A stretch of DNA of 64,000 nt, taken from assembly GCA_010093815.1 (NCBI GenBank), contig ML996569.1; one strand, 5' to 3'. Below are positions 25,609-39,195 of this stretch, piece by piece (position 1 is the first letter of the stretch; each line of letters starts with the position of its first letter). Both the position numbers and the translations under genes were made by a program. Under the pieces are notes generated by a model that made no database searches, was not told where the DNA came from, and saw only the letters and a program-made list of their open reading frames with translations. The stretch comes from Pseudovirgaria hyperparasitica. Its lineage: Eukaryota.

Positions 25609-27193
25609 ATGGGTCTTCCGTAAGTCTTCACCTCCTAGACTGGCAACTCTTTATGCGCGCCTGCACTACATACAATACTATTGCGCCATTCCTCACTCAC
25701 AAGCCTCCTTCATGTTTGTTCGCGTGTTAATATTACTTTACAGTATCTGGTACGCCCCTACGCCATCTGCCGCCAACAATGCCACGAAAGACTACGAACC
25801 TCTCAGCGCGGCGGCGCATGCACGCTCCGCGATTCGGAGGCACCAGCATCGTTCACCTCAATCTCGTCGCGTAGCAGCGCTCACACGCATAGGCGAACGC
25901 ATGAATGAGCAGACCACAGCAAGTGAGGCCAGGAGAGCGACAGAAATAACACGCGACGCGAACGACGATGACAGGAGGCGAGACGGTATGATATTTGGTG
26001 GCGAAAGCAGTCATCCATTTCCACTGTCGGCATTTCCTGCTCCTGAACTCGAGCCTGAACCCCGTAATCGCAACTCCAGGCGCGAACATGTAGCGCGCAG
26101 CAGAAGCCGCAGTCCAGACCGTCCACGACACTTTAATCACGATGACATCCATCGGCAGGAACATCAAGACCCACGTTCTGTTAGGACTCGTACAATTACC
26201 AGACTAAGGGGTGTGGAACGTCTACTCCCAACTGCCACTGATCAGCTGCGAGACCAGTTCACGTTTGACTTTGCTCCGGCGCACCCTCGTTCTCTTTCGA
26301 GACCTTCGTACACGTCAGACTCCGAATCACCCATTGACCCTGAGCTTCGTCGACGAAGGAATCGTGTTAGGTCGTCTGATGCATCTTTTCGTCGACGCGG
26401 CAATAACACGGACGGTCTCGGCGATCGATTGCGTAGCCTTACACCGGATCTGGACTGGGATCCTATGTTAAGTACAATTCAGCCCGATCAACAGCTTCCC
26501 AGCGCCGATTCATCTTTTACAACTGCAGCCGCCTCGGCTTCGTTCTCAAACACCCAGGCTAGTTCGCGTTCTGGCAGCGCAAACTCCCAAACATCGTCCT
26601 CTAGGACACACTTGACAGTCCCGACACCGCGCAACGAGCTGGATTCCTTGCTCAACGAATGCCTGAGTTCTGACGGGCCGAGCGGATCAGATTCGGAAGC
26701 ATCTGTATTCCCAACGCACTCTGGACCTCCAATGCCATTACTAGAGATTGAGAACACCCACAGTTCTCGAATGCGACGTCATGAAGAGAGATACTCCAAC
26801 AGAGCGATGAGTAATGAGAATTCGGAGGATTGGGTCTCGCGACGAGCCCAATCTCACGGACTGGGGAATGCTGGCATTATTACCTATCACACGGATCCAC
26901 GACGAACTCTCAGGGCTATGAGACTAGTCAGGGGGGATCGTGCACTTCCCAATACTGTTCATGGCACTCGATCCCCACAAGCAGAGGGCGGTAGCAGTGA
27001 CCAGGACGCAGATACAGCGGCAGCCGCAGCGCATTTACGGGACCCTGAGCTGGAGCAGATGCGCCCGATCCTAGGAAGACTGGCCCGTCGAGATGATATC
27101 CCAGATGAGTACTGGTTGTCTGTAGGCCTTACGCCAGTCATGGCAGAGAGGGTTAATCGGACTGAACGTGGTAACAACCGGCCGGACGTATAG
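25609..27193 (+). CDS. Conserved fungal low-complexity hypothetical protein
   Basis: MGLP exon, intron 25620-25743, then a long ORF with DGLGDR.RSL.P...WD..L.TI.PD.QLPSADSSF and LARRDDIPDEYWLSVGL motifs. Confidence 0.75.
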
Positions 27194-27825
27194 GTGTCCA
27201 GACTGCTGGAAACTTCAGCTGACATGGCTGGTGGCTTCATGAGCATATGATCTTTGGGGTGGTTTGTTTTGTTGCAACTTTTTCCTTTGTGGGCCTTTCT
27301 GTGCCACGGTATTGCATCGGTTATTGGAGTTATCCATGAGACGGATCTCATGCAGAGTTGGAAACATCAAAAGTCACGGACTCGGACTAAATGCGTATTC
27401 TGAGATTTTAAGTAGATGTGTGTTATTAAAGCGGCAGGAAATGGACACTCAATTGATGCGGTTGTTGGGCCAATACAATGAATTATAAGCCCGTCAGAAC
27501 ATGAAGCGTACCTAGGTTTGTGCTAGCAGCAAGCCAAGCCACAGCAATCTCCACCAAAAAAGGATGAAAAACCTGCGGGGCATAGCACGCCCGCGCCACC
27601 GCCTGAGCCGGGCACAACAAGCACACGGGCATCTCATGACGCGCTTAGCTTAGATGACGTCGCCATTGCCTAGACTACTACCTTGACTACCTAGGTCAGC
27701 TACAAAAGCTTTGCAGCTGCCGCTCTCCTGCTTTGTACTCATCTCTACCTACCATCCATCTCCTCATCTCCATCTAAATACCATCAATCAAACATTTCCA
27801 TCTCCCAATCCCCCACACAATCACA

Positions 27826-28488
27826 ATGGCTACTCTTCACTGTAAGTAAATACTAAATCCTGCTGCCAGCCCATCTACCATCCCACCTCCCAACCTGTCG
27901 CCGACCTTTCAAACAAGAATTGATCACTGACGGAGCTTTTATCCAGACCTCCCCCCGGTCAAGCCCTCGGCCATCGCCCTGGGTACTGCCTTCAACCACG
28001 CCGTGTCCCTCGCGGTCCTCGGTCCCATCTTCGGTGAGACCTACCGCCGCGCTCAAGCAGCCAACTCCAAGGAGGAGTTCTTCAAATCAAAGGAGGCTGC
28101 CACTGCCGCTGCCACCTGGGGAAGCTCCATCGCCGGCTCAGCTGTTCAGGCGTATGGCGTGGGTGCTTTGATCAACGCGACTGGTACTCTTAGTTACAAG
28201 GGCGCTGCGTACCTCGGCAGCTTGATCTTCTTTGCCTCTTCTGCACCAACGGTGAGTTGAATGATGAATAAGTGTCGTATAATATGACTAATTCAGTATA
28301 GCTTCTTGCTCAAGTTCTCACTGAGAAGCGCCCTCTCGATACCGTTGTCGTAGGCGCTGTCTCCAAGGTCCTCGAGACTGTAGGCCTGAGCTTGTTCCTC
28401 ACCTACTGGGGTGTAAGTTGACATGGAAGAATCATAACATGTGAAGAATCTGACGCGCCGTTAGACCCGTACCAACCCCTTCAACTAA
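27826..28488 (+). CDS. Small conserved membrane protein (possibly DUF1761-like), 4 exons
   Basis: MATLH-YLPPVKPSAIALGTAFNH...GALINATGTLSYKGAAYLG...LLAQVLTEKRP...TYWG-TRTNPFN*, with canonical GT/AG introns. Confidence 0.7.
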
Positions 28489-29382
28489 ATACCTCCTCTA
28501 AGCCTGCTCTCACTCGGCGCTAAAATGGAACGACGATATGTGGTAAAAACTAGCCCAGATATGACGCCACTAGTATGGCAAGTAACTGAACGAAAGTAGA
28601 AGTCTTTCGTCTGTAGTAATACAAGAAGTAAATAATATCGAAACCATTCTACGACTTTCGTGCGATGCTGCCCATTGTGACGACATGTGAAGAACGCTGC
28701 CTGCCCGCGGGAAGTTTTAGATGCTGACAATCTAGTCTTAAGATCTGCGACTGCATATCCTGTTCCTGTGCCCTTATCAATTACGCTCTCTATTTACTTC
28801 AAGTAAGCAGTTTGAGGCGGTTGGGGCAGGACTCGTTTGGCGCGGGCGGTTCGCAGTTGATCGACAAAGATAGGCTATCTTTATCGCACCCCTCAATTAC
28901 ACACCAACTCCTGGCCGTAGCAGATAAGACATACATGGTTTCAGCTATGCAATAGCTTTCTCATCGATCTCGAACGCGGACATAATATTATGACTTGTGA
29001 ACTGCCCGGTCTACGTCACCAACGGATTCCCCTGCTATATTTCCTCTTATGGGCAAGTGTAAGCAGCACCTGAACCCCCCGCGAAACCCCGGAGTGATGT
29101 ACGACTTGCTACCCCGGCCGATTCTCCACAATTCGCATGCAACATGCCCTAAATCGCGAACTCTGTGCTGGAACTCCCACTCTCAGTGCGCGACATGCGT
29201 CCGGGGCGCCGCTTGACATATATCAGGCGGGGACCCCTAAGGAGAGAGGGACCCTTTTCCTCTTCAACTAACCTAGCCTGTCCTGTCCTGCTTCTCTGTC
29301 CAGACACAAACTGTATACATTCATCCAGCAACCACACGAGAGACAGAGACAGAGACATAGAAAGAGAGAGGGAGACAGAGCC

Positions 29383-30287
29383 ATGGATGACCAAGTAACC
29401 CGCCTCGTAGAAAAGACCTGGGGTATGTCCCCCGTCTCTCCTTCCATCACGACACCACTCTAACACACATCCCTATAGCAAAATACCAAACTCTTCCCAA
29501 ATCCCGCCGCCTCATGATCGCCATCTCCGGCATCCCAGGCTCAGGTACCACCCACCACCACCACCACCACCACCACCACCACAATCACCACAACCACCAC
29601 CCACACCTCCCCTCACAAACTCTAACCCTCCCACCCCAACCCACAGGCAAAACCACCCTCGCAACAACCGTCGCCAGCGCCCTCAACGCAAAGCACGCCC
29701 TCTCCTCCCCCGGCACTGCCGCAACCACCCGCGTCGCCGCCGCCATCCCCATGGACGGCTACCACCTCTCGCGCGCCCAACTCTCCGCCCTGCCAGACCC
29801 CGCAACCGCACACGCCCGCCGCGGCGCCGCATTCACATTCGACGGCGCCAGTTTCCTCGCGCTAGTGCAGCAGCTGCGCGAGCCCCTGGCGCCGGAAAGC
29901 CGCACGCTGTACGCGCCCTCGTTTGACCATGCGCGCAAGGATCCCGTGCCGGATGATATTGCGATTAGTCCGCAGACGCGCATCGTGGTGTTTGAGGGGA
30001 ACTATCTGAGTCTGGATCGGCGGCCCTGGAGTGAGGCGGCGGGGCTGATGGATGAGTTGTGGTTTGTCGAGGTTGGGTTTGGGGTTGCGTGGGAGAGGCT
30101 GGTGCCGAGGCATGTGCGGGCTGGGATTGCGAGGGATGAGGAGGAGGCTGGGAGGAGGGTGGATGAGAATGATTTGGTGAATGGGAGGGAGATTGTTGAG
30201 GGGCGGTTGCCGGTTGATGAGGTTGTTGTGAGTCGCGATGATTTGGGTTGGAGGCCGGATGCTTTGGCTCTGGCTCAGCAGACGTAA
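29383..30287 (+). CDS. YFH7: P-loop kinase, phosphoribulokinase/uridine kinase family (YFH7-like)
   Basis: MDDQVTRLVEKTW; Walker A GIPGSG-KTT restored by removing intron 29545-29646; PMDGYH, RRGAAFTFD, PSFDHA.KDP, EGNYL motifs. Confidence 0.85.
29548..29601. repeat. (CAC)n microsatellite in intron 2 of the YFH7-like gene; a (GA)-rich tract also lies at 29338-29380
   Basis: Direct reading of the sequence. Confidence 0.9.
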
Positions 30288-30515
30288 GGCCATAAAGGAG
30301 GTTGTGCCTTGAATGAAAGCGAGCGTTTATAGCACACCCATCGTGAATCGGAGATTCTGGATACCTATTCTTCCTGTAGCACGCCGTCTTGACTGCTTTG
30401 GGCAGTAATAGCGAAAAGCCAACTCCATCTGGGGCAGTATATGAGAACTGGTATAACCCTGCAGCAATGCTTTAATTTATATAAGCCGTTATATCGTCTA
30501 AACTGGTACATACGC

Positions 30516-31774
30516 TTAGCGCACACCTGGAATCGCTCCTTTTGCTTCATTTGCGCCTAATTCCTCTTCTTTCCATGAATCTGCGCCGACCTTTCTGCCT
30601 CCCTCGGCTCTCTTTACTCGACACCACAATCCCACCTCCTTATCCCAAACAAATTGCCACAACACGTACACCCAACTCTTGTGATACGGCAGATCGTTGT
30701 AGAACTCTCCGGCGATCTTCCTAAGGACCGGAAGACGAGTCCACGGGATGGCGGGAAAATCATGATGCTCATTGTGCAGACCCACATTGTAGGTCAGCAG
30801 ATTGAGTGGTCCGTAGTATGAGTAGGTTTCAGGCACTGGTACCATAGTCGAGGGATCCTTCGCTCCAGGAGCTTGTCTTCCGAAGACATAATGCTCCGCG
30901 ATGAAGTGTCCGGCACAAGGATGTAACGACCCAGCCAAAAACGAACTCATAATCAAGTATGCCAACGCACGACCACCGGCAAATTGAATGAGGGCGAAAT
31001 CAAAGGCGAGCTGTATGGCAACGTTGAAGAGGTGTATTTTCGTGATGGGCAACTTGTACACCATCATGGGTCGGATGGCGTAGAAAAGGATCTGGAAGGT
31101 ACAGAAGAAGGCCTTGCCAAAGACGGAGTCGAGAAAAAAAGCCTCAAGGGCGGTAGGCAAGTCTGTATCAAGACCTTCTACCCCTAAGGACTTATGGTGC
31201 GTGAGATGGTATGGCTAAATAGACGTTAACTTGATATACATTTGGCTCTTTAAGAAGACTTACTCGGAACGAGGCACTATAGGGGATGCCAATAGGTAGG
31301 TTTGCAAATACTGCGAAGGTTCTATTCGCCAACGGAGAGCGGAATGCCAAGTTATGCGATATTTCATGAATGGCGAGAAACAAGTTTTGGTTTGCGGTCG
31401 CGCCGATAATGTAGGCTGTGAGGAGGAACGGCCATGATATAATGGCAACATCTCTTAAGAGATATGCGCAGAGGATTTGTAGAGCGACGACTCCGGTAAC
31501 AACATATTTCGTAAGAGGTTCAGGGCCACACAGTTTTGTCACCTAGGACAAATGTCAGTTACATCGTCGTTAAGATCCGAACAAATCGCACCTCGGGATG
31601 AGCCTTTATAATAGCTTGGCGTCGTGTTCGGTGTGGTTCTTCTGTGTAAGTCCAGAAGAAGTGGTCGTACTCCGTCTTCCTCTCTGAAACGGCAGCAGTC
31701 TTTGATATACCACTCTGCTTAGGGAGAGAGCGTTTGCCGGTTTCTACCACTACCGCGGGAACAGATGAGCGCAT
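30516..31774 (-). CDS. DES1: Sphingolipid delta-4 desaturase
   Basis: FFWTYTEEPHRTRR..I.KAHPEV, His boxes HEISHN, YHLTHH and HNEHHDFP, HPCAGHFIAEHY; two introns. Confidence 0.95.
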
Positions 31775-32601
31775 AGCAAGTCAATTGCCTGTTGACTGAA
31801 AAGGAAGAATACTTGTTGTTCGAGGAGTGATAAATCGAATGCCCAACTGTGTCCGGAGAGGAGTGAAAGTTGGGAAATATGGAAGCTGCAACAATTTCAA
31901 GATGTGATTCGCGGAAAGGGTCGCAGCTGGTGGCGTTAGAATCCGGATCCGGATTGGCGTTCCACCAGGCGGGTACTGGCTGCACGGTGGCACCAATCTT
32001 ATCGATCTTGGCGTTTTCCATTTTCACGCATACGTTCACGTCCGCTAATCTAAGGTTTATATAAGAGCCCAAAGGAACCATATAAAGATACTGTATTATT
32101 GTATAATGTTTTATCTAGCGCCCGCTAGCGCCCTCACCAGAATCACCGCCGGAGAATCACATTTCGCGATGATCCACGCCCTTATTCGGAAATCCGATAT
32201 ATCAAAATCGAGCTCTCTCCACGACATGTAATTCCGTCTACTCTTCATGACCTATAGCCTCGTATTGCCTTAGTGCCTTAATCCCCCTAGGCTGCCTTAG
32301 AGCTTAATCCCATAGACTGCTCGCAATCTGCCGGCCGCAGGCCACCCTAGTCTATTATATCTTTGTTTAAATTTCTTATATGCTTAGTCTTAGGTATAAC
32401 GGCAGAAAAGGCTCCATCCAGAAAGATAGAGGTAAGAACACGCGTGCACGTGTGCTAAGAGAGTCAGGTTCTAGGCAAACAACGAATATAGTTTTTAAGC
32501 TCTAAACTCCTTACTTTAGTCTATAAGAAGACATCTTGAACCTTGAAAGAAGAGGAGATTTTCCTGAATACCAAGGATACGGTATTTCCACGGGCCATCC
32601 T

Positions 32602-33740
32602 CTAGAGATTCATAAAACTATCTCTATCAATCAAGATTAAGTCCCCGGCCAAAGCACGCGTATGATCTAGACTTAACTGGACTCCATTACTTGACAGGAA
32701 AGCAAGCAAACCGAAGAATGCTAATTTATTATTAGTAAGTGAAGATAACCAAACACATGACCTTACCATGGTTCACTGTACGCCTGATTTTGTGTCCCGT
32801 AGATCCGTATGTTACAGTCTGAATCCATGACCAGTCTGCCTTGTCCCATGCTGCAGATTCTCCAACTATATGCAATTGTTAGTAGACTATTCGTGAGCGG
32901 AAACCAGAACTCACTCTGTATTTCTATTAAGTGTTTTAACAATAGCAGACTAACCATTGATGCTAGAGGTATAGCCCTAGGATCAGGCGCATATTGAGGA
33001 AGTCTGGAGAAGTCCGCAACAGAATCAGGCGCAGGTTGAGAAATACTGAGGACGATGCGTTGTGCTATTCGCGAGTGTCTGAGAGATTTCAATGATTTGA
33101 CTACACCACTCCGAATATACAAATCGCACAACGCTATATCGGCAGGCTGGTGTGGCGAAACTAGCCTAACATACGATTGTGTTGCGGATCCCGGGTCACG
33201 ACAACGAGGAACACCATCTAGCCAGAGCAGTGGCTGACGATGACGATCGAACCCTTGCGCGAGGTCGTAATAGACATGCCGCTGGTCTGGACTTGCCGAG
33301 GCGGCTGCTCTTCTCCAGCGGGCATCATTGTCGCAATAGACGCGCACGCTACTACTTCCTAGGTCCCTGTTGTATCTCAGATTCGCGACTGATACCATAA
33401 TTTCGCGCACTTTGTCTAGATAATGGCTCGTTTGCGGGTCGTTCGATCGAGAGTCGATACCGAATGTATACTGTAGAATATGGCCCAAATCATCAGCCGC
33501 TCTATCACGCCCCGGCCCCTGTCCCAATGGATGGCCACTGAAATAGCTTGTCATCATATCTAGACTACGGACAGCCTGCCGTGCCATTGCAACTGCTTCT
33601 ATGACAGCTATGTCAACGCCCAAACCTATACATGATGAATCGATATAATAGCCTCCTAGAGTAGAGGGTGGAGGGTCGGAAGTAAGGCATAGTTCAAAAA
33701 ACATAGAAAATAAGATGGCGATGAATATAAGAGGACCCAT
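32602..33740 (-). CDS. Secreted zincin/deuterolysin-like protein apparently lacking the HExxH motif
   Basis: Signal peptide; YYIDSSC...EAVAMA, VYCDND.RW and IALCD motifs. Two 3' introns lead to ...NHAFFGLLAFL...* (TAG at 32602). The expected HExxH position reads LLLLKHLIEIQ. Confidence 0.55.
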
Positions 33741-34413
33741 TGTACTAGGAGTAGATGAGAGTGTAGATGGAAGGCATTTGTGATTATTCCTGGACCTATA
33801 TAACATAGAGGCCGTACTATATACTATCATGTGAAAGTAATTAGCGCAGCAACATCTTCCCCTTTCCATGAGTATTTACCTATGAGCCATATTAGAGACT
33901 AGATAGCATTTTAAGTGATCATTATCATATCCACATCAATTCGGCCCGCGGTAGAAAATATCAAGAGAGTACTAGTTTTGTATACTTAGAATGAATTTCT
34001 AATAATAATCCCCACCTGAGTAGTTTTGCGTGACTTTAGTCCGCAATATGAGATATTAATTTAGAACTCCCGGTATACTACCGGCTACACTTTCTTTGAT
34101 AAGAATGTATTTACCAATATAAGTTAGTATAGAATCACAGGTATATGAATGATGTCCTCGTATAAATCCTGAAGTGCATCATATAAACTATATACCTCGC
34201 TACGAGTATAGCTTTATGTTACTAGAAGCATAAGGTATGAGTCCAAACACCTTGTCCAATATTCTGTTATCGCAATATGGCCTGAATTTCAAGGTTACTT
34301 TACAGCTAGATTTCGATATGCGCATCCTGGACATTATTCAAGCAAGCACGTATCGGTGGTCTGACTGATGCTTATGCTGTCTACGTATTGATAATCAGAA
34401 CATTCTGGTCGGT

Positions 34414-35998
<1,585 letters not shown>

Positions 35999-36235
35999 GA
36001 TGTGGAACACCTAATTTTGAGTATGCACATGAGGAAATAACTATAGCGGATCGGCTTGACCCCGCTAAGCCCAATGTGAGACCTTAGCACGAGTACGTCA
36101 CTATTCCTGCAACATGAGCTGCTTGTAATCTCATTTGACTCTCGAATACTTCAACCGTGCATTGCACATCGTACCGCTTCCTTTCATAGTAAAACTACCA
36201 GTCGTGCACCTTAATTGCGGAATGCAGAAACTTCA

Positions 36236-37183
36236 ATGCCTCTACGGCGGTCAATTTTCACCCTCACGTCCCCTCCCCGAACACAACTATGCCAGCTAGC
36301 CAATCGCCACTCGCGCTTCCACACATCGTCCATACGGCGTGCGCAGACAGATGTATTTCCAGACCACTATGAGACCCTTTCTCTCTCTCCTGATGCAACC
36401 CAAAAAGATATTAAACGGTACGCCCCATGTCTAGCATTTTCCCCTAGGGATTCAAGTGTTCTCCCTCACATCGGCTTCTTCTTCTCGCCTCACTGCCTCC
36501 AACTGACACTCCACAGTCAATACTTCACACTATCCAAACGCCACCACCCCGACACCTCTGACAGTCCCGACTCACTCCCACGCTTCCACGCCATAACAGA
36601 TGCATACCACACTCTTGTCGATCCCGCTACGCGTTCTACCTACGACCGCGACTACGTGCGCGTTTACAACACTGCCGCCGGTGCCCCTGCATATCCCGCG
36701 GGCTCACACGCCTCACACACATCATCCTATGCCGGCTCGCGCCCAGCGTCTGGGCTGTCGCGTCGGAGGACGCGATTCAGAGGTCCGCCGCCGAGCTTCT
36801 ATCGAAACGGTAGGTATGGGACGCAGAGCGCTAAGAGGCAGGCAAATGAGCATGCCTCAGCCGGGAGTGAAGCAGAGGCTAATGCGGCGGGGCAAGGTAT
36901 GGGAGGTGGATTTGGACCTGGGCAGAGCTCGAACGTGTTTGGAGGTGGTACGCCACATTTCGATACACAAGCTCATAGGCGAACACACGAATCAATTATA
37001 AATGGCCGAGAAGCAAGGAGGCGGGCGACGGGGACTTTGATACCGGATGATCATTATGAAGGTCCGAGGTATCATCAGCTGACGATGTTTCTTATGCTTT
37101 GTGCGATAGTAACTTCTGGGGTTGCGGCAGGGGGTTTATTGAAACAAAGACCTGTTGCGCGAAAAGAGAAAAGGGGACAATAG
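36236..37183 (+). CDS. J-domain (DnaJ) protein with probable mitochondrial presequence and C-terminal TM helix
   Basis: DHYETLSL...DIKR-QYFTLSKRHHPD...AYHTLVDP..R..YD; intron 36418-36516. Confidence 0.85.
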   Translation: MPLRRSIFTLTSPPRTQLCQLANRHSRFHTSSIRRAQTDVFPDHYETLSLSPDATQKDIKRYAPCLAFSPRDSSVLPHIGFFFSPHCLQLTLHSQYFTLSKRHHPDTSDSPDSLPRFHAITDAYHTLVDPATRSTYDRDYVRVYNTAAGAPAYPAGSHASHTSSYAGSRPASGLSRRRTRFRGPPPSFYRNGRYGTQSAKRQANEHASAGSEAEANAAGQGMGGGFGPGQSSNVFGGGTPHFDTQAHRRTHESIINGREARRRATGTLIPDDHYEGPRYHQLTMFLMLCAIVTSGVAAGGLLKQRPVARKEKRGQ

Positions 37184-37458
37184 CAAGGCTATGACAGAGC
37201 ACGCAATGTAGACTTTAGACGACAGTATGTACACACAACACTCACGGGTTATGGCGCACATCCTTGTACATACATTAGAATGGACAAGATGTTGCGGCAT
37301 GTGTATGGACAGATATGCATTGTAGTGGATTGTTAGTACATGAGAGGGAACAGAGCAACGGGGGTCCAAGTGAGATAGCTTCATCCATCCACGGAGGAGA
37401 TTGGGTGTACGGATGACAGTCCTAGTGGGCTGCTGATGCGGACGTGTCCAAATCTTGC

Positions 37459-38744
37459 TTAACCCTCAAAGGTGAAACTGGCACCAACCTTGTGAGTTGA
37501 CTCATTTAGTTTTTGTGTATCAACAGAGGCGCCAACACCGAAGGTGAAACCGGGGTTGACCTTGGTATTATAAGAGAGGGCAGCGATACCGCGGTCATTG
37601 ATCTTGGCCTAGTTAAAAATATTAGTACATGATCCGTTGTGACTTCATGGATTGAAGACATACCTTGGCAAAAGATAGAGGATCAAGTTTGTACTTGCTG
37701 GCAAGCTCGATGCCTACAGTAGAGGCAGCTTTAGTGTCGTATACTGCCTTCACACCGGCCTCAACCGAGGGGTTGACCTTCTGGTAGTAGGTGGCAGCAA
37801 ACACGCTGAGGTTTTGGGTAGCTTGCACAGCGGCACTGAAGTTGCCCTGGTTATACCCAAGAGCAGCAGAGTACCGGCTGACAGCAGCCTTTTGGACGTC
37901 GTAACCAACCTCACCACCAACAAGGAAGCCCTCGTAGCCAGCCACACCGTCCACAATTGCCGAGAGATTGCCTGCAGCGGTGTAGTCGAAGAAGGAGCGG
38001 AAGTGGAAGTTCGGCTGCTTAAAGAAGAGGTTCACCTTCTGGCCAGCGTTGCCACCCTTCGAAGGGTTAAGAAGGGTCAGGGCCTCAGCCTTCAGACCTT
38101 TGGTAATGGTGTTGTCGAGCTCGACTTTGGTGCTCAAGAGCGAAGCAGTGTTGAATGATTCCGTGATGGTGATGCCTGCATTTTTCGATTGCATCAGCTT
38201 GTGTCTCATTCTGTATGTTGTGGATCTGATATACGCTCTTCCCGTCTTCTGCCGTCTATCCGGGACGGAAGACCAGACGAAGTCGAAAGTGAAGCTGTTT
38301 TGGCGTACAACAGGTACGTGTAGAGTGGAGGAGAGATGGGAATCGTTACCATTGGAAAGTGCTTTCTTTCCCTCAATCTGTACGAACATAAGTATCTCAG
38401 CTTGTATTGATGATCAACTACATACCGAGGCGCTGACGGGTCCAGAGTGAGGTGATGTTCCCTTGGTAGTGAAAGCAACGCCGTTGGCAGCCTTCAGCTT
38501 GACCTCGAGGAGAGCTGTTACCAAATTAGAAAATCGAGTCGACTGCCTTGGCTTCCTAGACACATACCAGAAGTCGCATGGTAGAAATCTCTATTGATGA
38601 GCTATTTGAAAGGTCCGTTAGTCAGTCCTTGGTCGCAGAGCTCTTGAGCTGGGCAATTGCGCGGTTACATACGTCGTTTGCGGCCTTGCCAATGTCGGCA
38701 AAGGCAGGAGGTGGAGGAGCAGGAGCTACAAGTTTTTCGGCCAT
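37459..38744 (-). CDS. POR1: Mitochondrial outer membrane porin (VDAC)
   Basis: PAFADIGKAAND-LINRDFYH, GFLVGGEVGYDVQKA, YYQKVN, KYKLDPLSFAK-AKINDRG, HKVGASFTFEG*; six exons. Confidence 0.95.
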
Positions 38745-39195
38745 TGTAACGGATGAGGTTGTCCAGAGATGGAACGAAAAGGTAATCTGAATTGTGATGT
38801 TGGTGCAATAATCTGTGAGAGTCTTGCGGTGAAAGGAGGAAAGATTTGGCGCTCAACGTTTTACCTCACAGCTAATCCGTAAGAGTGGGTCACCCTGAAA
38901 GGAAAACAACCACGGAAAATCTCGGAGCCGGACACCAAAGACGCTTCACCTCATCCACACCCGTGCACTCATCCTAGCCATGAGAGCTTCATCATGCACG
39001 ACATTCGTTCTTGGTTTTCATTACTTGACCAGTTCTCGTCCAATATACATCTCAGTCTATACTTCTAGATTCACCGACTCTACGATGAGTAATGCAAATC
39101 ATCTACAAGCCGAATACTTTCCACTAACAAGGGAGAGCGAAGACGCCAAAATGAACGACTATCTGTCCGAATCTTCATTTAGGAAGATAACACGT

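Noticed and set aside
29545..29646. Poly-His insert in the kinase shown by the ORF track
   Set aside because: It lies in a GT..CTAAC..CAG intron that splits the Walker A motif GSG/KTT. It is a (CAC)n microsatellite, not protein.
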